Positions 1 through 10,545 of a DNA stretch of 47,728 bases are shown in pieces. A program made the translations under genes and the position numbers. How positions within the stretch are numbered: position 1 is the first letter of the stretch; each line of letters begins with the position of its first letter. The notes beneath the pieces are model-generated. The model worked only from the letters and a program-made list of their open reading frames with translations, did no database searches and had not been told where the DNA came from. Source of the stretch: Octopus bimaculoides (taxonomy: Eukaryota). The stretch covers positions 57,178,741 through 57,226,468 of the forward strand of contig NC_068994.1 in assembly GCF_001194135.2 (NCBI RefSeq), written 5' to 3'.

Positions 1-865
1 ATATATATATTCATCATGTATAGAAAAAGGCAATATTGATTAGTCTTAGAAATCTGTAAATATAATACTCGTAGACATGAAGTGTCAGAACGTTTAGCTT
101 GCTCTCTTTCAATTTTATGTTTATTAAATGTAACAGATGAAAAATTATCTAAGATAATTCGCAATGAAAATGTATATAGCCCATGTATTCATTATGGCTT
201 CCTTAATTCCTCGCTAATATTATAGTGAAGAACTGATTTCAAAAAGATGGAAGAACATTTAGGAGGAACCTGATCATTCGATAATGATTAGCGAAATACA
301 TTTCAGCAAGAACGCCATCATGCTTTGATATTTAAAAATACTTAACGGATATATAAATTTAAGTAGCAGATAAAAATCTAATCATCTAACCATAGAATGT
401 AATAGTTAGATTGTTTATTGAAATTTATGGGTAATAATTCAGATATACAATCCAAGAACGTGTCTACTCAAATATAATATAGTTCAAACAGTCTCAGTTC
501 TCTTTATAATGTTTGAATCGATAACAAAATTCATCAAATTTTAGTTATTTTCAAAAAGAAGAAAAAAAAACGTAAACGTAGAAAAATTACACTTCACATC
601 TAAAATTAGTCTTCTGTGAAGCAAGCACTGATCAGTTGACACATCGTATTTGTGGTGTAATAATGTTGAAATTGTTTTAGGATTAGGCATCCAATAATCT
701 GTGAAACTTATTCAGGTTTATGGATTTTCTCGTAACACCTAATCCGATAATCCATATTGTGATGGAGTATTAAGTTGAAAAATTATGAGGAGTGTAACAA
801 AGTTCCACGTGTGTCTTGAACTCTTGCTTTCAGATTTCTCAGCTCAAAAACTCGGTATAACTTAC

Positions 866-1102
866 TATCATAAATGTAAAGGACACTTTCGAATGATTCA
901 TTGCGTTGCCATAAATGGTACCAATCAGATCGGCTAGTGTGCAACCATGTGAAATGAAATCTTCCCTCCATTATAGTCTGGTCGAATTTTCTAGAAATTT
1001 CACAAAGCGTTATAAAAACTGAGATTTTTGAGTTCTCTGGTGCTGAACAGAACTTTATCGGCCAGTTTAGTGATAAGATGTTCTCACTTTTTTCTACGTA
1101 TC
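866..1102 (-). CDS. Candidate coding exon of unknown protein, inside the longest non-repeat, non-gap ORF (783-1208)
   Basis: 141-codon open frame. Internal acceptor (aaagacag|G at 1103/1102) and consensus donor (ATA|gtaagt at 866/865) give a 237-nt phase 1-1 exon. The peptide ends FHFTWLHTSRSDWYHLWQR, loosely PH- or C2-like. Acceptor pyrimidine tract is weak; product not recognised. Confidence 0.4.
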
Positions 1103-1922
1103 CTGTCTTTAACAAGCATGAACGATTTTCGTATAGATAATTAAAGTATTTCATATGAAGAAGACTTGTACCTTCTACATTCACTATCTTTAAAATCATT
1201 ATGTACAATAGACTTAGAGTTTTTGATGCTTAATTAACTTTGATTCTGGGAGGGCATTCAATTGACAAATGACTTCTAATCAGAAAATAATGTTAAATTA
1301 TTGCAACATATTTAAATCTTCGTAAACCATAAGAATCTGTGGAAAGTGGTGATGAATTGTGTCAGTAAATATAATAATTATTGAAAATTCAAATCGAAAT
1401 AAAGAATGTATTTTGTTAGGTTGATGGTGAGATGTCTTACACTTTAGGCAAGGCTCTTGATTGAAAAAAATATAAAAGGATTAACTACTGTACGGGAAAA
1501 AATTGCCACTTTGCTAAAGATTTGTATAATCTTAATTCTATTCTTTAGAAGAAACGAAATGATTAGCAATTTTCAAAATGCGTCTCAGTAATATATATAC
1601 ATGAATATAAACATTAAACACAATATTCACCGTCTCTGTACAACTGACGTATGCACGTGACATTTCTTTTTATAATCAACAGCAACACATAACTAAAATT
1701 CACCAAAATTCTTTGACATGCTCTCACTCACAATAATTGATAGTCATTCATACCATAGTCATCTATAATGGCCAGAAATTCTTCATTGGCACGATTGCGT
1801 CAGACAGGCAGATTTTGTTTTTCTTTTAGATCAAGATCCAGAGAATATTCCAGCAGTGAATAGTTTGTAGAGACAAAACGAATGCAAAGTATTGCATCGT
1901 AATGAGTCTTCTTAATAATGGA

Positions 1923-2065
1923 TCTCCATCGGTTTCGTTGATGATAATTTTGTTGTTCGATCAACTGGACTACTTGTCAACTGGTTTAGCGTCTAAGTGG
2001 CTGAGTATTCCGATGGCATATGATAAACACATGAAGTTATCAATGAGAGCATCCCACCATAATCG
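1923..2065 (-). mobile_element. Diverged 3' fragment of the tRNA-derived SINE seen at 47381-47721
   Basis: ctccatcggtttcg..gatcaactgga..aagtggctgagtattcc resembles the reverse complement of 47625-47715. Confidence 0.6.
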
Positions 2066-2834
2066 GTCCACTAACAGATAAATATATAATATATATTATT
2101 ATTATTATTATATATATATGTATATATATATATATATATATGGAAACCACGACCATGCGATCGTGAGCGGTGCACTATAATCACAAGGTCATTCGCCTTC
2201 ACACACACACACACACACGCCCACAGATACATATATATGCATGTGCTTGTGTGTGTATGTGTGTGAGGTAATCTACAAACTCCTGTGTATGACTTAAAAT
2301 TCGACCCCACTAGGATGCTTCTTGTTTAAAACTGGCATCTTAGTGCATTCGGATCAACGTGCTGCATCACAGTATGTAGTAGCTGCCAACACAGAAAAGT
2401 CATTATATCTAAGTATTAATAACATTTTATAAAACACCTCAATCGATAAATATAGCATTGATAATTAAAAGATAATTATTTTAAACACAAATTTAATTAT
2501 CGTTAATTAGTTTTAATTTTTCCCTTTAATTACTTAGCACTTCTGAAAGTTCGATTCTTAGTTTTCTTATCAGTACATTAGGTATTCGCTATCAGCCAAT
2601 ATAACTAGTTAGACTAGCGTTATCGTAAAGATAAAATTAGAGATATCTTACTTTAATATTACGAACACCTCCAAGCTACAAAGGCTGAAAAACGTGTTCT
2701 TATTATATGTCCCTAGTAACCCAGCTCTTTTACTCGCTTACTCATTTTGGTTATGAGAGAATGCGATCTCAGTTCCATAACGCCGCACAAACTATTCCAC
2801 TAGTGCGGTTACCATCACACCATGCTTGGTCGTC

Positions 2835-2935
2835 TTTCTGTTTTACTTGTTTCATTTATTTGGCTGAGGCAATGCTGGAGCACTGCCTTGGAATGTTTAG
2901 TGGAATGCAGTCACACCAGCACTTATTTGTCAGCC
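2835..2935 (+). mobile_element. SINE-like repeat, family C fragment
   Basis: ttttacttgtttca..tttggctgaggcaatgctggagcactgcctt matches 43893-43990 and reverse copies near 5075-5180, 27965-28012 and 36800-36862. Confidence 0.7.
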
Positions 2936-2974
2936 TAGTATTTATTCTATCTTACTATTTTGTTGAACCGATTT

Positions 2975-3138
2975 GGAGGAGGGACCAGTCGATTAGATCG
3001 ACCCTAGTACGTAACTGGTGCTTAATTTATCGATCCCGAAAGGACGAAAGGCAAAGTTGACTTCGGCGGAATTTGAACTCAGAACATAAAGACAGACGAA
3101 ATACTGCTAAGCATTTCGCCCGGCGTGCTAACGTTTCT
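2975..3138 (-). mobile_element. tRNA-derived SINE, family B
   Basis: Core gtcgattagatcgacc..actggt..ttaatttatcga.cccgaaagga.gaaaggcaaag..gac..cggcggaatttgaactcagaac is the reverse complement of the full copy at 38083-38297. Confidence 0.9.
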
Positions 3139-3147
3139 TATTTCTTT

Positions 3148-3372
3148 ACCGCCCACAAGGGGCTACACACAGAGGGGACAAACAAGCACAGACAAACAGA
3201 TTAAGTCGATTATATCGACCTCAGTGCGTAACTGGTACTTATTTAATCGACACCGAAAGAATGAAAGGCGAAGTCGACCTCGGCGGAATTTGAACTCAGA
3301 ACGTAACAGCAGACGAAATACCGCTAAGCATTTCGCCCGGCGTGCTAACGTTTCTGCCAGCTCACCGCCTTC
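3148..3372 (-). mobile_element. tRNA-derived SINE, family B (alternative 3' tail)
   Basis: Same head and core as 2975-3138 and 38083-38297, but a different tail (gcccacaaggggctacacacagaggggacaaacaag on +). Confidence 0.9.
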
Positions 3373-3847
3373 GCAGTGATTATAACCCAAAACATTATTA
3401 TTATTGCTAAAAAATGTTTAATATCAATAAGTGTATTACTGTTAATAGTTTGTTCATTTAAATACAAATCTAATTTCGTTCTGTGCGTATTATTTACGAT
3501 AAAATCCCTGTGATCATATGAGAATATGACAAGTTTTATTGAATGGCTTTGGCCAGAAATATTATAATTTTCTTATTGGTAGCGTTAGACGTAATAGCGT
3601 GTTAGTTAGATGCGCTAGTGTAGCAACAATTACATAGTTTCTCAAGAGACATCTATTGATAAACGAATTAGATAAGAAATTAATAGAAAATTAGCGTATC
3701 AAAAGGTGAAAGCTCGCTTGTTCGATCGCATGAGAATTGTTCGTTTTACTTCATTTCACTTGTGTAAGTCACTGTTATTTCAGAAGTCTCCAAATGATAA
3801 GTGATTTCGCAAGAGTTTTAGATAAATGCTCGCTAGCAGAAACTCAC

Positions 3848-3950
3848 ACAAGCACATATTTATGAAACGAAGACATTTTCTATTTATGAAGTAAAGCCAT
3901 TTCAATATGTGATCTGCAATCAATGCAAAATTCAATGGACAAGTGAGCTT
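3848..3950 (-). CDS. Candidate exon (KLTCPLNFALIADHILKWLYFINRKCLRFINMCL)
   Basis: Strong pyrimidine tract (ttttcttttattgtcttcaaagtctcatag|), consensus donor T|gtgagt, open frame. Weak resemblance to the RasGAP CP region. Confidence 0.25.
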
Positions 3951-4752
3951 CTATGAGACTTTGAAGACAATAAAAGAAAATTGTGTACCGTTGTTCTCGT
4001 AGTTCTTTTTGTTATCCTCCAGCTATGACAATCTTAACCTTGTTGCTATCAGTTAACACTAACCACGACAATAACAACTCTTCTATCAGACATTGCACAT
4101 ATACGTTAGCTACCGTGTTTCGCATTTTCAAGATATATTTTTAAACGCGGGCTGAGATATCATTACTAGGAGGTAAACTGACCAAGTAGAGACTGCTCTT
4201 ATCTCATGGCAGATCATCTGTTAGCATCTAAAGGTCGAACGTCCCCAGATGGCTTCCGAGGCGTAACCCCAGGTGTAACGTATTTTCGGATCCTATGTCT
4301 GTTGACTTGATCTATTAGGAAAGTGGCTCCAGACGAGAAAATTTCATTTCATTTATTGACATAACCAGGACTACATTATCGAATGCTTCACTTTTACGAC
4401 TGCAAAGTGTCATTCGATGTCATTTTGACATTTCTTTTTACCCGCACCTCGAGTGGCACATTACTTTCTCCTTCGTTTTCTTTGTTAGATGAAACATAGA
4501 ATTTATGCATTCAGTGTGCACCGTCTCGAGTGTGTGAAGTATAATTTTATTTGTTAGTTGTTCGTCAACAGCTTAGCTCAAAGCAATCTCATGTCATTGA
4601 GGACAAAAGGGGTCCAGTTTTCATACTGCAAACCTTTGCAGCTTGAAAAGTGTGTGAAAATAATGAGCAACCATCAAAATCATGGAGATTTGTATTTGTA
4701 CGACTTCATATCTTGAATTATGTATATTATTGATACATGCAAACATAAACCT

Positions 4753-4913
4753 GGATGTGTGGTAAAAAAAAATAAATTTGCTTCCGAACCACATGGTTCC
4801 GGGTTCGGTCTAACGGCGTGGCACCTTGAGCGAGTGTCTTTTGCTATGTCCTCGGGCTGATCCAAGCCTTGTGAGTGCATTTGGTGAACGGAAACTGTAA
4901 AAAGCCCATTATG
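4753..4913 (+). mobile_element. tRNA-derived SINE, family A
   Basis: gtgtggtaa..cttccgaaccacatggttccgggttc..gcgtggcaccttgagc..ggaaactgtaaaaagccc, ending in an (AT/GT)n tail; matches 30980 and 32046. Confidence 0.85.
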
Positions 4914-5074
4914 TACATGTATGTATATGTATATGTGTATATATGTGTATGTGTGTGTCTCTGTGTGTATGCGTGTATGCCTCTTTGTGTTTCCCCTATC
5001 ACCTCACAGCCGGTGTCGGTGTGTTTACATCTGCGCAACTTAGCGGTTCATCACAAGACAACGATAGCGTTAGT

Positions 5075-5180
5075 ACTAGGTTTTTAAAAATATAAGCACT
5101 AATGTCGATTCATTAGACTAAAAATTCTTCAAAGTGGTGTCCCAGCATGGCCACAATCTAATGACTGAAACAAGATAACA
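5075..5180 (-). mobile_element. SINE-like repeat, family C fragment
   Basis: ccagcatggccacaatctaatgactgaaacaag is the reverse complement of the family C core. Confidence 0.7.
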
Positions 5181-5423
5181 GATATGCAGTTGTGCTTTAA
5201 TTATCGAGAACCATTCTCTCACGAGATCATTATAAATGCATAATACACTTCTTTACTCTAATTGCCACAGGAATTAATTATAAAGACAATAATATCTAGT
5301 TCTCATGTACAACATTTACTATCTTCTAATACGATATATTATAATTTTGCTGAGGCTAAATTCATCTTATCACCATTATAAGGATTAATTTGAAAGTCAG
5401 AGGAGATGTGATCTAATCTATGT

Positions 5424-5560
5424 GCAGGCATTGTCACGTGCTTAAGAAATTCCCAACCACGTAATTTCGGGTTAATTACTTCAGCGTGGCACCTTGAGCA
5501 AGTTTAACTAGCACTGCTTCAGATAGTGCGAAGTTTGTAAGCCGGAAAGGGTACGGTGGC
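5424..5560 (+). mobile_element. Degenerate family A SINE
   Basis: ttcccaaccacgtaatttcgggtt..gcgtggcaccttgagcaag retains the family A core. Confidence 0.6.
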
Positions 5561-5609
5561 AACCTTTCGATTACATAATACATATATACATGTATGTATG
5601 TGTGAGTAT

Positions 5610-5648
<39 letters not shown>

Positions 5649-6395
5649 NNNNNNNNNNNNNNNNNNNNNNNNNNNNNNNNNNNNNNNNNNNNNNNNNNNN
5701 NNNNNNNNNNNNNNNNNNNNNNNNNNNNNNNNNNNNNNNNNNNNNNNNNNNNNNNNNNNNNNNNNNNNNNNNNNNNNNNNNNNNNNNNNNNNNNNNNNNN
5801 NNNNNNNNNNNNNNNNNNNNNNNNNNNNNNNNNNNNNNNNNNNNNNNNNNNNNNNNNNNNNNNNNNNNNNNNNNNNNNNNNNNNNNNNNNNNNNNNNNNN
5901 NNNNNNNNNNNNNNNNNNNNNNNNNNNNNNNNNNNNNNNNNNNNNNNNNNNNNNNNNNNNNNNNNNNNNNNNNNNNNNNNNNNNNNNNNNNNNNNNNNNN
6001 NNNNNNNNNNNNNNNNNNNNNNNNNNNNNNNNNNNNNNNNNNNNNNNNNNNNNNNNNNNNNNNNNNNNNNNNNNNNNNNNNNNNNNNNNNNNNNNNNNNN
6101 NNNNNNNNNNNNNNNNNNNNNNNNNNNNNNNNNNNNNNNNNNNNNNNNNNNNNNNNNNNNNNNNNNNNNNNNNNNNNNNNNNNNNNNNNNNNNNNNNNNN
6201 NNNNNNNNNNNNNNNNNNNNNNNNNNNNNNNNNNNNNNNNNNNNNNNNNNNNNNNNNNNNNNNNNNNNNNNNNNNNNNNNNNNNNNNNNNNNNNNNNNNN
6301 NNNNNNNNNNNNNNNNNNNNNNNNNNNNNNNNNNNNNNNNNNNNNNNNNNNNNNNNNNNNNNNNNNNNNNNNNNNNNNNNNNNNNNNNNNNNNNN
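5649..6395. other. Assembly gap. Others: 8685-9140, 18945-19139, 19362-19371, 20389-20644, 21370-21446, 22373-22635, 23832-24084, 28890-28899, 29674-29908, 31162-31294, 37507-37516
   Basis: N-runs, mostly flanked by (AT)n or other microsatellites. Confidence 1.
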
Positions 6396-6427
<32 letters not shown>

Positions 6428-6599
6428 TACATAAATTAATGTCAGCAGATAGAGAAAATATAGTCCTCAATAATTGTGACTGTGTGTGTTGTATGTATGT
6501 ATGTATGTATTGATTTATCTATGTAAATTACTTTTGATTCACGATCACATGCCTAAATAAAAAAAAATAGAGAGAATTCTTTAATACACTATAAGTGAA

Positions 6600-6760
6600 A
6601 AGCTCCGATTTCCTGTACTCAAAGTTTCCGGTCATCAGCTGGAAAACCTAGAGTGGCTTTCTTTTGAAATATCCATTGTCTGGGTAGTTTTTGGAAATAT
6701 GAAAAGAAAGTTTGAAGTAAGCGCTTATCTTCATATTCTTTATTCAACAACCTCTGTGAA
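6600..6760 (-). mobile_element. Probable Penelope-like element 3' end
   Basis: Short frame RLLNKEYEDKRLLQTFF runs directly into a minimal hammerhead. Minimal hammerheads are a known feature of PLE terminal repeats. Confidence 0.4.
6609..6645 (-). ncRNA. Minimal type-I hammerhead-ribozyme-like motif
   Basis: Minus strand: TTTCCAG CTGATGA CCG GAAA CTT T GAG T A CAGGAAA. Canonical core, stem I 6/7 bp, stem III 4 bp with one G-U, GUA cleavage triplet, stem II reduced to 3 nt. Confidence 0.7.
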
Positions 6761-7405
6761 CGACAATAGCCAAGCATATGCATGTATATATGTAAATATT
6801 TGTATGTGTATGGATGTAGGTACGAATGTATGTATGTGTGTATATATAAATTATGTATGTGTGTATATATGACTGTATATTTATACCTGTCTGTGTTTAA
6901 TCATACTTATTTTCATCCATAATTCGCGGTTCAACAAAATGATCGATACAAGTATCAGCGGTTAAAATAGATATAGTACCGGAGTCAATATGATCGACTA
7001 AACCTTTAAGGATGTTAACCCAAGAATACCATAGATTAATGGTTTTTAAAAAATACGCAAAATGGTAAAAGAATAAAAAATACTTCCCCGTACAGGTTAA
7101 CATTTCTTCACAATAATCATATTATGTAAGCTTAATAAATATTTCTTTACACAATATTAAACCAACGATTGTGTATAATGTTACAATATAAGTCTTGTTA
7201 TTGACTATGCCATTACATATACTTGTTTTATGTATATCTTTATTACTTACGACTATCATTTATGGTGTTGCAATTTGCTGTCCAAAGTCTTCATAGCTAT
7301 CACCTTTTGCAGAGATATACACTTTCGTTTCACCATACCAATAAGCATATACATTTACATACATACATACGTACGTACATATGTGTGTGCATGTGTTTGC
7401 ATGTG

Positions 7406-7463
<58 letters not shown>
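7406..7463 (+). repeat. (GATA)n microsatellite
   Basis: Perfect tetranucleotide run. Confidence 0.98.
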
Positions 7464-7464
<1 letters not shown>

Positions 7465-8510
7465 GCACCATTTTTGTGTTTACGTTTTTGTCTATAACTA
7501 TCATTTAATTTCAAGAAGCGAAGGAGAATCAAAACATTTCGAAACCACGTAATAAATAAACTTATACAATATTCTGAACACGTAGCTTCATAATAAAGTT
7601 TTTATTTGTTTACAGTACCCATGTACGCAATGTATATTTAAATGCAGTTTTTATTGAAAAATTAATTCTGTGCAGTGTGTATCACATTAACAAACATTTA
7701 TCTCTTGGCCAATACTCAAAATGTATATCTTTCGTGTATATTTCAATTAATAGAGAAGACAGAAATTTATCGGCTGCTACTTCTACACTGCAGACGTTAC
7801 TGTCAACTGTAACTCTTAATATTGGTACATGATGTTAGCCTGACGTGTTAAACTACAGTATGGAGATAATATGCAATTTTAAAATGTCTGCTTCTACATT
7901 TATGAATAATACATTGTTAGCATTTAACACCATTGACCATCAACTATTGATTCCTATCACTGAAATTTTGTATCATTTCTAAAACGAAAATAAACTTCAA
8001 TAAAATATAATAATATCAAAACAAAAATTTAATTATGATAAGACATTGTCGACCTAAACGTTGAAAGCGGAAACATCTATAATTTAAGATATGGCGAACA
8101 TGGAAATACCAGATATTATATGTCATTAGTCGATGTGGAAGCTGTAATCTTCTCCGAGATTCTTACGAATAGTTATTTTCGTAAATGCATTATGGTTACA
8201 GGAATATTCTTCCTATTACTATGAGATGCTTAAAATGCGCCTACCTCTATGACTATTCAGCAGTTATGGGTATGAAGTAAAAATAAGCAAAATAAAACAA
8301 ACATTTAAATAAATCTAAACTATTCAACACGTTTGAATTCCAATATGGCTGACTATCTGAAAACTATAGACTATTGTGAAGTTCTGTGAAATTTGTAATT
8401 GTTTATCTTTTGAGAGATTATTTCTTCCTTATATCATTATCGTTTAATATTATATTAAATACCTATCCCGCTCTGTGTAAAATATTTCAGATGATAATCA
8501 TTTCTAATGT

Positions 8511-8650
8511 AGGCACAAAGTTAGCAGTTTTAAGGGGAGAATTGAGTCAATACCATCGGCTACGGTACTTGATTCGTACTTTATTTTAACGACCACGATG
8601 AAGGATGGAAAGCGATGTTGACCACGGCGCGGTTTGGAATCGAATGGCAA
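8511..8650 (-). mobile_element. Degenerate family B SINE
   Basis: ggcacaaag..ggtacttgattcgtactttatttt..gacc..gaaggatggaaagcgatgttgaccacggcg resembles the family B core. Confidence 0.55.
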
Positions 8651-9140
8651 CGAACCGGAACAAATATTACAAGTAGTAGTCACCCNNNNNNNNNNNNNNN
8701 NNNNNNNNNNNNNNNNNNNNNNNNNNNNNNNNNNNNNNNNNNNNNNNNNNNNNNNNNNNNNNNNNNNNNNNNNNNNNNNNNNNNNNNNNNNNNNNNNNNN
8801 NNNNNNNNNNNNNNNNNNNNNNNNNNNNNNNNNNNNNNNNNNNNNNNNNNNNNNNNNNNNNNNNNNNNNNNNNNNNNNNNNNNNNNNNNNNNNNNNNNNN
8901 NNNNNNNNNNNNNNNNNNNNNNNNNNNNNNNNNNNNNNNNNNNNNNNNNNNNNNNNNNNNNNNNNNNNNNNNNNNNNNNNNNNNNNNNNNNNNNNNNNNN
9001 NNNNNNNNNNNNNNNNNNNNNNNNNNNNNNNNNNNNNNNNNNNNNNNNNNNNNNNNNNNNNNNNNNNNNNNNNNNNNNNNNNNNNNNNNNNNNNNNNNNN
9101 NNNNNNNNNNNNNNNNNNNNNNNNNNNNNNNNNNNNNNNN

Positions 9141-9197
9141 AAATACCGCTAAGCATTTCGTCCTGCGTGCCAACGATTCTGCCACCTCACCGCCTTC
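9141..9197 (-). mobile_element. Family B SINE head (rest lies in gap)
   Basis: aaataccgctaagcatttcg..cgtgccaacgattctgccacctcaccgcctt. Confidence 0.85.
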
Positions 9198-9199
9198 AA

Positions 9200-9200
9200 G

Positions 9201-9258
<58 letters not shown>
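9200..9258 (+). repeat. (AAT)n microsatellite
   Basis: Perfect trinucleotide run. Confidence 0.98.
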
Positions 9259-9259
<1 letters not shown>

Positions 9260-9267
9260 CCTTTGTA

Positions 9268-9474
9268 CTATTGGCACAAGGCCTGAAATTCTTGGGGAAG
9301 GAGGACTAGTCGATTACATCGACCCCAATGTTTCATTAGTACTTAATTTATCAACTCCCGAGAGGAGGAAAGGCAAAGTCGACCTCGGTGAAATTTGAAC
9401 TAAGAACGTAGCGACGGACGAAATACTTGTAAGCATTTCGTCCGGCGTGCTACCGATTCTGCCAGATCACCGTT
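9268..9474 (-). mobile_element. Family B SINE
   Basis: Near full-length reverse complement of 38083-38297. Confidence 0.9.
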
Positions 9475-9529
9475 TTTAGTATTTGACATGAGAGTAAGAT
9501 GAACTAGGAAGTCGTACCGGTTAAGATAT

Positions 9530-9733
9530 TGGTCTCAAATCTTATCACAAGGCCAGCAAATCCGAGGGAAAGGGCTGAGTCTGTTATATCGATCCCATGC
9601 TCAACTGGTACTTATTTTCTCGACCATGAAAGGCAAAATCGATCTCGACGGAATGTAAACATAGAAAGTAAATACAGACGAAATGCTGCTCGGCATCTTC
9701 TCTGGCGTGCCCAACGATTCATCCAGCTCGCCA
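9530..9733 (-). mobile_element. Family B SINE (more diverged)
   Basis: Same order of tail, core and head as 9268-9474. Confidence 0.8.
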
Positions 9734-10287
9734 TATTTAGTATTTGACATAAGAGTAACCCCAACTAGCAACTCGTTTCCATTATGTTATTAACTACGCA
9801 TTTACTTGACCTTTTAATGTTTACTTATTCTTCATCTTTCAGAGACGAATGCAACTCCGGAGGAAAAGTCTGTATCACTATAATACATAACTACGTCGAA
9901 CATTAATTAAAACTCAAACACATGAAAACAGGCAGAATCTAATTAATTATTGCAATATTAATCAACTGAACCGTAAGAAATTAAACATTATTGTTCAATA
10001 TTTAATAGCCGTAGAATATGAATATCTTACTGTAATGAGACGAAGCAATATTTTATTCGAATCCCTCTATTTCTGAAAAATTAGAGCTCTCTTATATACA
10101 ACCTCATACTATCTATCATGATTAAATAAACCTATCGTCTTTCTTCACTATAGTTTACAGTTTACCTAATATTCTGTCTAACCAACTGTTGATTATATAT
10201 AATCTCCCTCTTCAAGTCTGGTCGGCTAAATTATAATAATCATGATCTAAATCTTCCTACTGTAAATTTGTCTATCTATCCATCTAA

Positions 10288-10298
10288 GTAAGTAGCTG

Positions 10299-10354
<56 letters not shown>

Positions 10355-10378
10355 CAGCTATCTATCCGTCTATCTATC
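10288..10378 (+). repeat. (CTAT)n microsatellite
   Basis: Tetranucleotide run with degenerate edges. Confidence 0.95.
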
Positions 10379-10399
10379 AATCCCGATATATATATATAT

Positions 10400-10545
10400 A
10401 TACCAGAGTAAGCGCATAAATGTGAAACAAGGGGGAAAACAGTACTCGAATACCGGAGGTAGAGTAATATGCTCTATTAATAAAGCTGCAAAGACATCGC
10501 AAAAACTGTTACTCAGAGTTTCATGTTCCCGTTCGTCGGATACTT
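10400..10545 (-). mobile_element. Probable Penelope-like or retrozyme terminal fragment abutting (AT)n
   Basis: About 145-nt segment between an (AT)n run and the hammerhead-like motif; family assignment is inference. Confidence 0.45.
10504..10545 (-). ncRNA. Minimal type-I hammerhead-like motif, U4C core variant, partly decayed
   Basis: Minus strand: AAGTAT CCGACGA ACG GGAA CAT GAAA CTC T GAG T A ACAGTT. Stem III perfect, stem II 2/3, stem I 4/6. Confidence 0.6.

Noticed and set aside
2707-3390. ORFs of 75-117 aa
   Set aside because: They lie in SINE families B and C.
4023-4310. Strong + strand acceptor and donor (4022/4172) and a short ORF MADHLLASKGRTSPDG
   Set aside because: All frames of the exon candidate contain stops and the ORF is 34 aa. 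It could be UTR or lncRNA, but there is no support.
5476-6513. Long ORFs of X residues here and at every other N-gap
   Set aside because: They are open only because NNN is never a stop, and the flanks are (AT)n.
6648-6753. Candidate RasGAP exon RLLNKEYEDKRLLQTFFSYF
   Set aside because: The donor is weak and the frame runs into a hammerhead motif; a Penelope-like end is the simpler explanation.
8042-8224. 60-codon + strand open frame (DIVDLNVESGNIYNLRY...), and similar ones at 38.4 and 42.4 kb
   Set aside because: Dozens of frames this long are expected by chance; no good splice sites or recognisable motif.
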